64,000 bases of DNA. Source: Squalus acanthias (lineage: Eukaryota). Shown here one piece after another: positions 1-11,421 of this stretch. Below the pieces are notes generated by a model that made no database searches, was not told where the DNA came from, and worked only from the letters and a program-made list of their open reading frames with translations. Both the position numbers and the translations under genes were made by a program. The stretch spans positions 124,001-188,000 of the forward strand of contig JASTWF010000573.1 in the NCBI GenBank assembly GCA_030390025.1, written 5' to 3'. Within the stretch, counting starts at the first letter, position 1, and every line of letters starts with the position of its first letter.

Positions 1-27
1 TATTTATTTAAACAATATATACATTAC

Positions 28-93
28 CACTAAGCCATTATCACCCCTTTGCCCTTTGAATCCTTCCTGTAAATTGGTGGTTCCTGGTTCACC
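28..93 (-). CDS. COL6A3: Collagen VI alpha-3 triple-helix exon (66 bp), GEPGTTNLQEGFKGQRGDNGLV, containing the helix interruption
   Basis: cttacag| acceptor and |gtaatg donor; Gly-X-Y pattern with one interruption; aligns with recalled human [22 protein letters not shown]. Confidence 0.9.
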
Positions 94-330
94 CTGTAAG
101 ATCACAGTTAATTATAATTAAAAAAAAATGTATTATTGCCTGGTATCTCAATTTCTTAAAGTTACCAGTAGTTTTATGTATTACTATTACATCAGGATAA
201 TAGCAGACAAACACTTAACAAATTCATATGATAGTTATCTGTCTGCTCTCTCAATGGATATGGTCCCCTGTTTAAAATAATAAAGTAAACATCTCTGTTA
301 AAATAGCAAACGGATAACTGCCATACACAT

Positions 331-1096
331 GGGCCCGTCATTTCTGATAGGAGGCTTCCTGCTTGCGGATGCCTCCTATTGGGAAAAAATCTACGCCCTT
401 ACCTGAGGGCTCCTGAGGTCCGGACACTTCCGCTCCTGGGCCTCTCCACAGTCGAAATGCGCAGGGCCCACGTATCCCAGGGGCACATGCGGTTCGCAAG
501 CGTCCCTGGGATCACGTGGGCCAGGCGAGCCAATGAAAGAAGGGAATCTCCCATCATACTTTTGACAGATAGACCTGTCAAAAGTATGAATGGGGATCAA
601 TGAAAAAAGACACTAAAACATTAAATAATTTTATTTTTAAATCATGTTTTTAAAATGAGTTAAAATTACATTAAATTAAATATTTTAAACAAAAATGTAA
701 TTTTTTGAAAAAAATAATTAAAGTTTTTTACAGGGCTAAAAATAAACTTACTTTTTATAAAAAGTATTTTTAAATTATAAATGAGTGAAAACATTTTTTT
801 TTAAACTTTTTTTTAAAACTCTTATGCTGGTAAAAGCAGGCCTTACGCCTCCTTTTACCAGGCGTAAGATTTTAAAGTGTTTTCAGCGGGCGGAGGTTCT
901 GCAGAAAGCAGAACTCTCCACCCGCAGAGGCCCTTCTCCAGGGCAGGCGTGCGATCTGTCAAGAGCATTCCTGACAGATCGGAAATGCCGGTTTTCAGCG
1001 CATGTGCTTCGCCTGCCTGAAACCGGCATTTCCGATGTCCCTACGGTTGTGTACACAGCTCGTACACACCCGTGGGGGGTCGAAAAATACGGGCCA
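331..1096. mobile_element. Non-autonomous DNA transposon (MITE family A, ~765 bp)
   Basis: Imperfect TIRs gggcccgtcattt / aaaatacgggcca; AT-rich core; colinear copies at 62840-63602 and 42978-43498. Confidence 0.75.
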
Positions 1097-1477
1097 AGCA
1101 TTAGTTGTTTGCTAATTTCTAGTTTCACTGCGTATATTTACAATGCACGCTCAGGACAGAATGTCATTACTGCAGCAAATTCTTCCCCACCTGGGATCCT
1201 GAATTCAGTGAACATTTTCATAAGAACCTTAGACAGCAGCCTGAATGAGTTAGATTTCTGGTGCTCTCAGTGGTAATGGGACTTACTGTTTCCTGAAAAC
1301 TTTACAACAAATGATTATGTCGGATACTAGTATTCAAGTCACATAATCCACACACCATTTTACCACAGGCACTCTGTCACTTGGACTTAATTCTCTCAAA
1401 GATGGAAATTGTAGAGGTCTTTTTCTGCCAGCAAAGTACTTATTATTTGCAGATCAATTTAAATGATCTGAGATACC

Positions 1478-2113
1478 GGGGGAAAAATTCAGTGGCACCC
1501 CCTTCGGGATGCTAAGTTCGCCAGGGCGCTACTTTTAGTTAGCGCCCCTGCGCCGTAAATTTAGTGGTAGCGCCCCAAGCAGGAGACGGGGCGCTACTGG
1601 AAGTGCTCCCCCTCCTTCCAGGGGCACAACCATTGAATATTGCGTTATAGGGAAGGGTCTAGTGCTGCGCGCACCGGGGCATTGCTGGACCACCGGGGAG
1701 AGGAGTACCGGGCTGACCAGCACTCCGCATAAAAAAGCGGAAGGGGGCAGGTGCTGGCAGGCGGCCAAAAAAACAAATGGCCGCCCGGCACCTGCCCTTT
1801 CATTTGCGCCACCGTGGCCACAAAAACGCCACTGTGGCCGCCCTGACCCTGTTGGACATATCGTCTGGCGGTAGGTCAGGGGGCACGACCGAAGTTTGTG
1901 GCCGGGGCGCAAGCGGGGAGCTGCGCACGGCGATGACGTCATCGCCAGAGGCGCAGTGCCGTGGGGCACTACTGGTTACCGCCGCCGCTAACCTCCCGCT
2001 GAATATCGCGGGAGGGGTTAGTGGCGCTGCGCCCGGGCGCTAGGTGCTTTGCGCCCCGTTAGCGCTCCCCAGGGGCGCTAATGGGAGGTGCAAAGCAAGC
2101 CAATTTTTCCCCC
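1478..2113. mobile_element. GC-rich MITE (family B)
   Basis: TIRs gggggaaaaatt / aatttttccccc; homologous copy at 14511-15247. Confidence 0.75.
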
Positions 2114-2579
2114 ACAGTGTTCAAATCCCATTGTAACAAACTAAGACATTAATAACTTTGTTATTAAAATCTCCGATATTGACAAGCTGCTCATATGAGA
2201 AACCTTTCTCTAGATTTAAATGAAGCTCCATTATAGCTAACACTGCAACTCAACTCTCATTGCAATGAATATCTTTGTCAGATACCACAAATTTGTAATA
2301 ATAACTTTTGATTGTATGAGCAATAATAATGCCCCAGTACATGTTTCAATTATCAATTCAACTGGATACAAGTATGAGGAAATTGCATTCAATTTGAAAG
2401 TTGATACATTGCCAATCATTTGTGCCAAAAATGCAGGTTGGGTTGTACTGTCAGCTATCAAATGAATTTGTCTTACTTTACAGCTCAAACTTGCCTTGCT
2501 ACCATTATTCAATACTGCAATAATGTGGATGAAAATATAGCAGATGTAAAAAGGATTTGGAAATATTTAAATAACTTAC

Positions 2580-2642
2580 CGGGTCACCTCGATAACCAAG
2601 TTCACCCCTTTCTCCGTTCCCACCTTTGGTTCCTTTTGCACC
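2580..2642 (-). CDS. COL6A3: Collagen VI alpha-3 triple-helix exon (63 bp), GAKGTKGGNGERGELGYRGDP
   Basis: caacag| and |gtaagt; 7 Gly-X-Y triplets; ends in RGDP as in human. Confidence 0.93.
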
Positions 2643-3150
2643 CTGTTGAGTAAAGTAGACCTTGGTGTTTACTTTGTCATTTGTTTTCCTCTTCATTCAT
2701 CTACCCATCTCTAACAATACCTCTACATGCACATCTCTACCAACCTCTACTTACCTCCATCCTTATCTATTTATATTCATCATTGTCTCTATCTGTCAGT
2801 TCTTACTGCTTTCTGTCTGTCTCATTTATCTGTTGCCTTCTATCAATTTTAGTTTTAGACAGATATATAGACATATAGATGGATAGAAATAAAGACAAGG
2901 ACAGTGATTTAGATAGCTAGTATTGAGGATGAATAGATAGACTGATTATTTGAACATTAAACATCTTGTAGGTTTCTTAATACTGTGTACTTTCATTTGA
3001 AATGTTGTCCATTGTCATACATCTAACCAATGCTGGAAGGAAATATGTATCTCAAACTTCAGTATCAGTAACACTTTTTGATGTAACGCCATTTTATTAA
3101 TACTGCTTAAAATTTGGTGCAATTGCTATATGGAATATAAGCAGACTTAC

Positions 3151-3204
3151 CCACGCTCCTAGACTGCCGTGTTCGCCTGATGGTCCTACTGCTCCATTTG
3201 TCCC
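3151..3204 (-). CDS. COL6A3: Collagen VI alpha-3 triple-helix exon (54 bp), GTNGAVGPSGEHGSLGAW
   Basis: atgtag| and |gtaagt; 6 Gly-X-Y triplets; expected 54-bp size at this position. Confidence 0.88.
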
Positions 3205-3276
3205 CTACATAATACGTGGAAAGTTGGGTGTCATTTTGGCAATACAGGCAAAATATAAACAAGTCAAAGGAGTATA

Positions 3277-3445
3277 TCACAGAATCACAGAATCCCTACA
3301 GTGCAGATAGAGGCCATTTCGGCCCATCGAGCCTGCACCGACACATATCCCACCCTATCCCCGTAACCCCACGTATTTAATCCCCCTAACACTAAGGGTC
3401 AATTTATCATAGCCAAATCAACCTAACCCGCACATCTTTGGACTT
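3277..3445 (-). mobile_element. SINE fragment, HE1/V-SINE-like with CR1-type tail
   Basis: (cacagaat)2 tail, ggccatttcggcccatcgag motif and V-domain-like caacctaacccgcacatctttgga; family assigned by recognition only. Confidence 0.55.
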
Positions 3446-3490
3446 ATAGTAATTTAACAAAGTGATAAACAAACACAGTCAGTTACGTAC

Positions 3491-3652
3491 TAATACAAAA
3501 AGAAAATACTGCAAATGCTGGAAATCTGAAATAAAAACAGAAAATGCTGGAGATGCTGACGAAAGGTCATCGAGCTGAAACGTTAACTCTGTTTCTCTCT
3601 TCACAGATGCTGCCTGACCTGCTGAATATCTCCAGCATTTTCTGTTTTTATT
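3491..3652 (+). mobile_element. Penelope-like terminal-repeat fragment with inverted segment and degenerate hammerhead motif
   Basis: Similar to the Penelope end at ~24480-24613; internal inverted repeat; flanked by the 16-bp direct repeat acagtcagttacgtac. Confidence 0.75.
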
Positions 3653-3668
3653 ACAGTCAGTTACGTAC

Positions 3669-3713
3669 CTGTTCCCCATCTATTCCATCAAGACCAAGTT
3701 CTCCGAATTGACC
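3669..3713 (-). CDS. COL6A3: Collagen VI alpha-3 triple-helix exon (45 bp), GQFGELGLDGIDGEQ
   Basis: ttcctag| and |gtacgt; matches recalled human GEVGEIGLDGLDGED. Confidence 0.93.
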
Positions 3714-4339
3714 CTAGGAAAAGAAAAGGCAGAAGAACATAAAAAATATTAGAACAGGAAAAGAGCATTATGCCCAACAACCATCAAAATGCCCATTTTG
3801 GTAGATCAACCTTACCTGCTTGGCCTTTCACTATATCCTTCAGTCCCTTCTCTTTCAAGAAACACATTTGGTTGCCTCTTGAACCAACTATACCATCTGC
3901 TTTGATAGACGTGCCTGGTAACTTATTCCACAACTCTATTACTGTTGGGCAATAAGTTCCGCCTGACCTCTTGCTCCAAGCTTCCTAATCTTTAAGATGC
4001 ACCCTAGTGTTTGAACTCTTGACCATTGCGTTATCAGAGAGTAAAACCAGTGAAATGTGCTACCAAACCCTATGGAATTTGTACTAAAATAAACCATTTT
4101 GTAATTTATTTTTACTCCATTGTTTTGTACTCACCTTTTTTGTTTTGCCTCTAACTTTATAAATGTTCATTTATATTATTTGGTATGTCAGAAACTCATT
4201 GGGCTACTTGCCTGTGAAATTTTGTAGCCCAAAGCACGAGAATAAGAGGGAGCAAATTGTTTTTATGTCCATTTTGGATTTGCTTTAAAAGATCCATAAT
4301 AAATAGCTAACCTTTTGGTGCTATGGAGGTTGAACCTGA

Positions 4340-5045
4340 CTTCACAAACTTGGTGACTTATTCAACCCCGATCTGAGCTTTGGACTCCATCATTGACTTC
4401 CACCTACGTAGCATTGTCTGCCTCTACCCTTACCTCAGCCCATCGACTGCTGAAACCCTTATCCATGTCTTTGCTGTCTTCAGACTTGACTATTTCAATG
4501 CTCTCTTGGCCAACTTCCCATCCTCTACTCTCTGTAAACTTCAGCTTATTCAAAACTTCTGATGCTTGTACCCTATCCCACATCAAGTCTCACTCACCCA
4601 TCACCCCTGTCCTCGCTTACCTATGCTCGCGGTCCCCAAACACCTCAAATTTAAAATGTGCATCTTCGTGTTTAAACCCTTTCATGGCATGGACCCTTCG
4701 CACCTCTAACTTCTTCCAGCCCTACAACATCCCCCACTACCCCCTGCCTCCTGTGAACTCTCCGTTCTGCCTACTCTGATCTCTTATGCACCAACCGCCC
4801 CCTCCACCACCCTTCTTTTGTTCAACTATTAGCGGCTGGGTCTTCGGCTGCCTGGCTTCATGCTCTGGAATTCCTTGCCTAAACCTCTAGCCTCTCCTCC
4901 TTGTAACCCACCTCTTGTACCAAGCTTTTGGCCTCTCCTCCTAATATCTCCTTCTTTGGCTTGATGTCAATTATTTTGATTACGCCATTGTGAAGCACCT
5001 TAGGATGTTTTTCTATGTTAAAGGTACGATATAAATGCAAGTTAT
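4340..5045 (+). mobile_element. L2-clade LINE, decayed 3' fragment
   Basis: AETLIHVFAVFRLDYFNALL motif of L2 ORF2 C-terminus; 3' tail shared with other L2 copies in the window. Confidence 0.8.
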
Positions 5046-5347
5046 TTTTTCTTGAAAGTATAGATTAATTAATTTGACAGAGTCTGCCAGGGCTCGTAAT
5101 TTGGAATCTAGTCACCCAACATTATATTTCCCAATAGTTATCCCACTAGTGCCCTTTCCTCAGTCAGGAGACAGATGAGTGTCAAGTTCAGCCAGTACAT
5201 TGTATTTCTGTGAGGGACATCCATGGACCATGGTTTTTTGATGGGCCTTGTATGCTGTGAGCCAAGCAGTTATGACTGCTTCGCTAATGTGGACAGCTTG
5301 ATTATTTGACATTTTTCTAGATCACCATCATCTAGATGAGTACATAC

Positions 5348-5374
5348 CTTGTCTCCTGGATATCCACGGGTACC
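5348..5374 (-). CDS. COL6A3: Collagen VI alpha-3 triple-helix exon (27 bp), GTRGYPGDK
   Basis: tttaacag| and |gtatgt; matches recalled human GSRGFPGEK. Confidence 0.9.
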
Positions 5375-5483
5375 CTGTTAAAAAGAAATATATATATATA
5401 TTATACAATGGTTGCATGTAATTGTAACATCTTTTTTTAGAATTTGTTAAAATTTCATCTAGTCGAAAAGTTTCTCACTTTAC

Positions 5484-5555
5484 CTTAATTCCACTTTGTC
5501 CTCGACATCCCTGGAACCCTTGAGTTCCATTTACACCTGCTGGACCTCTCTCACC
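5484..5555 (-). CDS. COL6A3: Collagen VI alpha-3 triple-helix exon (72 bp), GERGPAGVNGTQGFQGCRGQSGIK
   Basis: ctgatag| and |gtaaag; conserved NGT sequon and the helix Cys used in collagen VI assembly. Confidence 0.95.
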
Positions 5556-5602
5556 CTATCAGAAACAAAAAAGATTAAATAATTCAAGTCTTTCAGCATT
5601 GC

Positions 5603-6110
5603 AGGCCCCGATATTTACGGGGAAGTGGGGAGGAAGTAGTGTTGTGGCAGCCGGGAAACCCGTAAATGTAGGTAATGCGGAGATTCTGCCGAATTTAACG
5701 GCAGGACCTCATTTAAAATTTTTGTCTCCATTTCCCGTCCGGCAGCCGGCCAGATTGAAAGGGTGGCTGCTTGTAGGGCAGGAAGGCCTGCAGCATAAGG
5801 CTGCAGCCAGGGAGCTCGGTGGAGTGAGGAAGAAGTTGCAGGGGGTAGGGGGCTTCGGGTCGGGGGGGGTTTCGGATCACGGAGAGGGAGGTTAACACGA
5901 GGGGCCGAGGGGAATCCCTCCTGCTCCTCCTGGCCCACAATCAGTGCTGGAAAGGCACTTACCTGCTGGATCCGGCTGTTCTCGCACCCTTCAGTTGCCG
6001 GGTTTCCCAAGCCCTGGGAAACCCGGCGCACAACCATTAAATAGAAAAGCCTGCTCAAATTTGAGGCAAGTAGCCTCATTAGCATATTTAAATAAGTGAC
6101 GCGCCTCTCG
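5603..6110. mobile_element. MITE family C (partial copy)
   Basis: Reverse-complement homology to 16096-17961, e.g. ctgccgaatttaacggcagg; terminus ggccccgatattt. Confidence 0.6.
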
Positions 6111-6124
6111 AGAGTGCACTAGGA

Positions 6125-6460
6125 AAGTGAGCCTTATAGACCAGGAAGGTCTCTGGTTCGGTCCATAGTTTGTGCTCCGTTAGCTGACCTTAGCTGAGAT
6201 ACATCAATTAGCCTTGGACTTGGGAGTGATAAAAGTCAGCCAGGTTTCCTACTCCTGATTGCTATCCAATGATCCCATTAGAAAGCATACACGTGTGGAT
6301 AAGATCAGATTTGACTATAATACTCTCCACAGTCAAACAGCTTGCCAACACTTACTATCTAGGCTTGTATATTAAAAATAGCCACTTGGGCATGGTACTG
6401 GAGGGCAGCCAATGCCATGCAACTGTGCCCAAGCAAGATTCCGCCCTTTTGAGGTGTAAG
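6125..6460 (+). mobile_element. Ancient tRNA-derived SINE-like repeat
   Basis: B-box-like ggttcggtcc; apparently related decayed copies on the minus strand near 13380-13760, 22140-22560 and 26710-26960. Confidence 0.45.
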
Positions 6461-6637
6461 GGGAGGAAAATTGGGGGGGGGTTGGAAATTAGATAAATTA
6501 TTTTTATTTTATTTTTTTTAAACTGAAAATGTACAGGCTTTTATTTGAGTAGTCAGATGTCAGAACATGATTTTTTTTTTAAATAAGCACTTATTTACCA
6601 TGCCGTATGTATTATAAGATGTACTCATTTTACTTAC

Positions 6638-6691
6638 TGGTCCGCCTTCATCACCTGGGTGTCCAATGATACCTTTAGGTCCTGGTGAACC
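6638..6691 (-). CDS. COL6A3: Collagen VI alpha-3 triple-helix exon (54 bp), GSPGPKGIIGHPGDEGGP
   Basis: ttcttccag| and |gtaagt; ends PGDEGGP as in human. Confidence 0.95.
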
Positions 6692-6790
6692 CTGGAAGAA
6701 TAACATTGCATAAAAAGGAATGAATCGCTATTCATTTACTGACAACTACACATCAATCATGTCTGTGATTACGCCATGGTAATGACTATT

Positions 6791-6975
6791 GGGGTAGATT
6801 TTCAACTTGCTGTCCAGGCATTAACCTGGTGTTACAGATCGCCAGGTGTTACACAAACTGCCCGATTTTCATCTCCACTGATTTCAATGGAAATGAAATC
6901 GATTGGTTTATATAAACGGGCGGCCGATCCTCAGTGCTAGTTTTATGCCAGGACGGCAAGTTGAAAATCTACCCT
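6791..6975. mobile_element. Short MITE (~185 bp)
   Basis: TIRs ggggtagattttcaacttgc / gcaagttgaaaatctaccct. Confidence 0.75.
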
Positions 6976-7743
6976 AATTGTGTTGATGGAAGAATATGTT
7001 GCAATACAATACAGTAAGGTATACTTGCATATGGTAAATTCCCACTCTAAAACGTGCCATCAATGGAGGCACATCCACTAAAACATTTTTTTTTTATCTT
7101 CCTCTTATAAATCTACATGCTTTTAAAACTCAATCTTGGCGAGATCTAACTATTGCTTGTTGACTGATCTCTTCTACTGTTTTCAAGCTGGTGATCTCCT
7201 GCACTATGGGCCTTGACATTTCACCTTCGTTTCTCAATAATAAAATTAACTGGCCAGGCTGTTCTAGGTGACTCCAATCAGAAAGACAGTTGTTTATGCC
7301 CTTAAATAATGGCATCATGATCTTTCAGAGAAAACCTTGTTGGTAGTTCTATAAAGTCACAGAAAGCTGGTTAAGTAACCAGCAAGGATTCTCCCAAGGG
7401 AATTGTCCTTTCCTTTCAAACTCAGCATTGTTTTTATTTTTTAGTTTGTTCTGCTTTCTTAAGGTAGTTTTGTCTAACTTTTTGACCAATCTAAGCTGGT
7501 ACTGATATACTGGCAGGAGGGAGACAAGTGATCTGATCCCAAATTCAAATAGGGGATACAAATAGAAAACTTAAAAAAAGAGAGATAACAAATTAAAGGA
7601 CAGCCTTGGCAAATTCACTAGCTAGGGAACCTATTCATGAATGTGCATCGACTCCCATTGAACAGACTATTTTTGAAAATAATTCTATTATTTTAATCAT
7701 TGAAATTAGCAGTAGTGAGGCACATGACTTGTTAAAAACTTAC

Positions 7744-7836
7744 CTTCTGTCCACGTGGTCCCTGAGGACCTTTGTCACCTGCTTGACCAGCACACTTGCA
7801 CGGGACTTCACAGCACACTCTCTCCGCAATGTTATC
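7744..7836 (-). CDS. COL6A3: Collagen VI alpha-3 N1/triple-helix junction exon (93 bp), [31 protein letters not shown]
   Basis: ttgacag| and |gtaagt; diagnostic CCxVPCKC motif followed by the first Gly-X-Y triplets. Confidence 0.96.
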
Positions 7837-7929
7837 CTGTCAAGATATCACACAGTTTAAGCATTTAATTCTAAAATCGCACAAGTACTTTGAAAAAGAT
7901 AATATTTGGAACTAAAAATTTGATCTTAC

Positions 7930-8078
7930 AAGTTCTTCTGCCAGTTCATATTCTAGATCCAGCTGGTTGATTGAAAGAGGTCTCCTGTACCTAAATCCTC
8001 GCCCAAATTCCAATAATGAAGTGTCTTCAAGCCCCGTTAGTTTTTCCAGAGACACAATGATCAGTGCATGTACACTAC
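7930..8078 (-). CDS. COL6A3: Collagen VI alpha-3 N1 exon, third part (149 bp), (G)[12 protein letters not shown]...[27 protein letters not shown]
   Basis: taacag| and |gtaaga; phase 1 to 0; LEFGRGF and LDLxYELAE motifs of COL6A3. Confidence 0.93.
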
Positions 8079-8764
8079 CTGTTAGACATGGGGAGTAACA
8101 GGAACAAAAGATCATTTGGTTTCGTTGAATTTAAACAAACGGAGTACTTTTACATGCTTGCACCCCAGGCGGGAGCATCTGGTTAAGATTCAGCTAAAGT
8201 GCTTAGGGCTTTTCTGGTAAGTAAAATTTAATTAAAACTCAAAATAAAAGTTTAATTTGAATTTTTCTACTTCTTCCTCAGGATCTGCTAAATTTAAATC
8301 CAAAGATATCTAAACAAAAGTGTGGGCAGCCTGTGGCAGACTACACAATGTGTATATTGCGCATGTTGTGATCATTAAATATCAGACAATATTTTAAACA
8401 CAGCCTGAAATGCTTGATTGGCAATGTTAAACATCTGTGGATGAAATTCCTCTTTTGGGGAAATAAAACGGATGAATGCCTGTTTTTCTCTCTAATTAAC
8501 AACCTACTAACAAAATTACATTCTCAGAAATCACACTTTCTGAAGCCATATTTTCTAGTGATTTCATTAATAGGTTGATAATTCTGGAGAAAAATATTTT
8601 CCTGCTTTTAGTTAAAAGATGAATTTCATGCCCTATAAAGCTCCCCTAGATAGATCCTCCAATGGCATAGTCAATAAGTACTGTGCTTGGTTTGGTACAA
8701 AATTATACACACCAGTAGACTCCAGATAGTGACTGCACAGTCCATAGCCAAAACAGATCAATGC

Positions 8765-9742
8765 AGAAGAACATAAGAAATACGAGCAGGAGTTGGCCAT
8801 TCAGGCCCCTTGAGCCTGCTCTACCATTCAATAAGATCATGGCTGATCTTCAACCTCAACTCCACTTTCCTGCCCTATCCCTATACCCCTTGATTCCCCA
8901 TGAGTCCAAAAATCTATCTCAGTCTTGACTATACTCAACGACTGAGCATCCACAGCCCTTTGGGATAGAGAATGCCAAAGATTCACAACCCACGGAGTGA
9001 AAAATTCCTCCTCATCTCAGTCTTAAATGGCCGACCCCTTATCCTGAGACAATGCCCCCAAGTTCTAGGCTCTCCAGCCAGGGGAAACAACCTCTCAGCA
9101 TCTACCCTGTCGATCCCCTTCAGAATCTTATATGTTTCAATGAGATCACCTCTCATTCTTCTAAACTCCAGAGAGTATAGGCCTATTCTACTCAATCTCT
9201 CCTCATAGGACAACCCTCTCATCCCAGGAAAAAAATCTAGTGAACCTTTGTTGCACCGCCTCCAAGGCAAGTATATCCTTCCTCAGATAAGGAGACCAAA
9301 ACTGTGCACAGTACTCCAGGTGTGGTCTCACCAAAGGCCTGTACAATTGTAGCAAGACTTCCTTACTCTTGTACTCCAACCCCCTTGCAATAAAGGCCAA
9401 CATGCTATTTGCCTTCCTAATTGCTTGCTGTACCTGCATGCTAACTTTCTGTGTTTCCTGTACGAGGACACCTGAATCTCTCTGAACACCAACATTTCTC
9501 ACCATTTAAAAAATATTCTGTTTTTCTATACTTCCTACCAAAGTGAATAACCTCACATTTTCCCACATTATGCCCCATCTGCCACCTTATTGCCCACTCA
9601 CTTAACCTGTCTATATCCCTTTGCAGGCTCTTTGTGTCCTCCTCACAGCTTACTTTCCCACCTAGCCTTGTAGTGTCAGCAAACTTGGAGAGATTACACT
9701 CGGTCTCTTCATCTAAGTTATTAATATCAATTGTAAATAGCA
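8765..9742 (-). mobile_element. CR1 LINE, 5'-truncated and decayed
   Basis: LVRPHLEYCAQFWSP and SLEFRRMRGDLIETYK motifs; ttcttatg-type 3' tail. Confidence 0.9.
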
Positions 9743-9899
9743 GAGAAACTTAAGAATATGTTTTCTCGTGTTTTGTATAAAGCGAAAGAGAGCTGATTGT
9801 GTCTAGTTTTGTTCTGTTCCAAACAAAAGAGAATCTCTTTAATGGGAGGAAAAGTACTAAAAGTGGGGTGCAGAGATGACCAACTGTGTTTTGCTATAC

Positions 9900-9978
9900 C
9901 TTCTCTCCGTAGTTTTTCAGCCTGTCTTTTTAATACAGAAAAGTTGTCATCAAGGCCATCGGTAAAATGGATAATGAC
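9900..9978 (-). CDS. COL6A3: Collagen VI alpha-3 N1 exon, second part (79 bp), VIIHFTDGLDDNFSVLKRQAEKLRRE
   Basis: ttttaaag| and |gtatag; VIHFTDG motif; phase 0 to 1 joins the neighbouring exons in frame. Confidence 0.93.
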
Positions 9979-11074
9979 CTTTAAAACAGAAGGAAAATAA
10001 AACGGTCACACATAAGGATCGATTGTCATTGTGACAAAATGGATTTTGCCCATGTTGAATGTGTCTTAATTTGTATTTCTTTACTGCTAGAATCAATATG
10101 TAAGGAGGTAACACCCCAGACCACACAAAGCAGCCTGTCAGCAGAAGCTATCAGCTTAAAATAGATAGTTGTATACGGTAGATCTCCTTAAAACGTAAGT
10201 GTGTTTTGGCCCACATAACAGAGATGACCACATTGTCCCACAGAATACCACTGCATACTGCAAATTGAATACAAATACACCTTAAACAATGTGGGGGCAT
10301 AGCCAAGCATGGCTATTTCTGGATCGTTTGAAAAGAGGGCACTTCTTTGATTCACTAGAGCACCCTTTGATTAACTGCACTGTGGGGAGAACCTTCACCT
10401 TACTGTTCTCAGCAAGAAAGAAATACAGGAGAAGGCAGCAGTCAGAGTGAGTGAGAACTTCACAGCTGGCAGGCAAAAGGCTGCCTGTGGTAAAGTGCTG
10501 AACCAGCTTAGCCAGGAAGAGTTAAGCTATTACGTGATCTTTTGTTTTTGGGCTGATTTTAGAGACAAAGCGAGTTGCATCTTTATTGTTTTCATCTTTT
10601 CAAGCATGTAGGGAACTATGCCTCACTGTGAAAACTGTTTGGCTTTATTTACACAAGTTCGATGAGCATTCATTGGTTTGAAGCCTGTGTCTTGATTTGG
10701 TAAGAGTGCTTATCCACTCCGCCATCTGTAAAGAGAGGAGAATTCACATGGCAACACTTGATACATTCCAGTAACTGGTGTGTTGAGTAAGGGCTCTCTG
10801 GAGCATGTCATCATTTATCCAGATATTGGGCAGAAAGGAGTGCACTCTAGATCATGGGGACACAAGGTCCACTTATGGAAGTGACCAGTGACACTGAACC
10901 CAAGAAAATATCTAGAGTAAAAATATAGAAACTGACATTTCACAATTAAAAAAAATGTAAGTAGCAGCATTACAAAAGTAGAACACCAGCCACTAACAGC
11001 TAACCTTTGGAGCCAATCAATAATGACATTTTACTTAAAAATAACCAGTCTAAAATGAAAGACTCATGGCTTAC

Positions 11075-11421
11075 CTTTACATGATCAGGACTGGAAGATT
11101 TAAAAGTGTCCTTGTATGCATCTAATGTTTCTGATTTCAAGACATATGGACCAAAATTTCTTAGCTTGCTGAACTCTGTCATTATTTCGGGTTGATATTC
11201 CACCAAATCAATGACACGGGGTTGGCCGGCTTGATTGAAAACCGTGACCCCAATTCTTACATTGGGTGACTCTGAGCCAGTGCAGCTAATAGTCCGCAAC
11301 TGTGAAACTCTTTGTAAAATATCTCCTGCTTTGGACATGAAACCTCTCTGAGTTTCAAAAACGTCATTTCCTAATCCAACTGTGCTGACATCAAAGCCAA
11401 GCAAAACATCAACGTTGCATC
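11075..11421 (-). CDS. COL6A3: Collagen VI alpha-3 N1 exon, first part (347 bp), (G)CNVDVLLGFDVS...SSPDHVK
   Basis: ctccacag| and |gtaagc; matches recalled human CNLDVILGFDGS...SSPDSVK. Confidence 0.95.

Noticed and set aside
785-1276. 163-aa ORF with similar ORFs at 43249-43518 and 63277-63582, resembling a small gene family
   Set aside because: All lie in copies of MITE family A; starts, stops and frames are not conserved and there is no recognisable domain
3556-3590. Hammerhead motif as an active ribozyme
   Set aside because: Stem II has a mismatch (gagct), the 5' strand of stem I is lost at the inversion, and it is antisense to the host gene
10715-10745. Minus-strand ...tttacagatggc reading FTDG, a candidate for the second N1 exon
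   Set aside because: The true VIIHFTDG exon is at 9900-9978 with correct phase; this match is coincidental
10098-10747. Possible solo LTR (tg...ca); a similar LTR-like stretch surrounds the Penelope at ~24070-26450
   Set aside because: No matching TSD, second LTR, PBS or internal coding sequence seen
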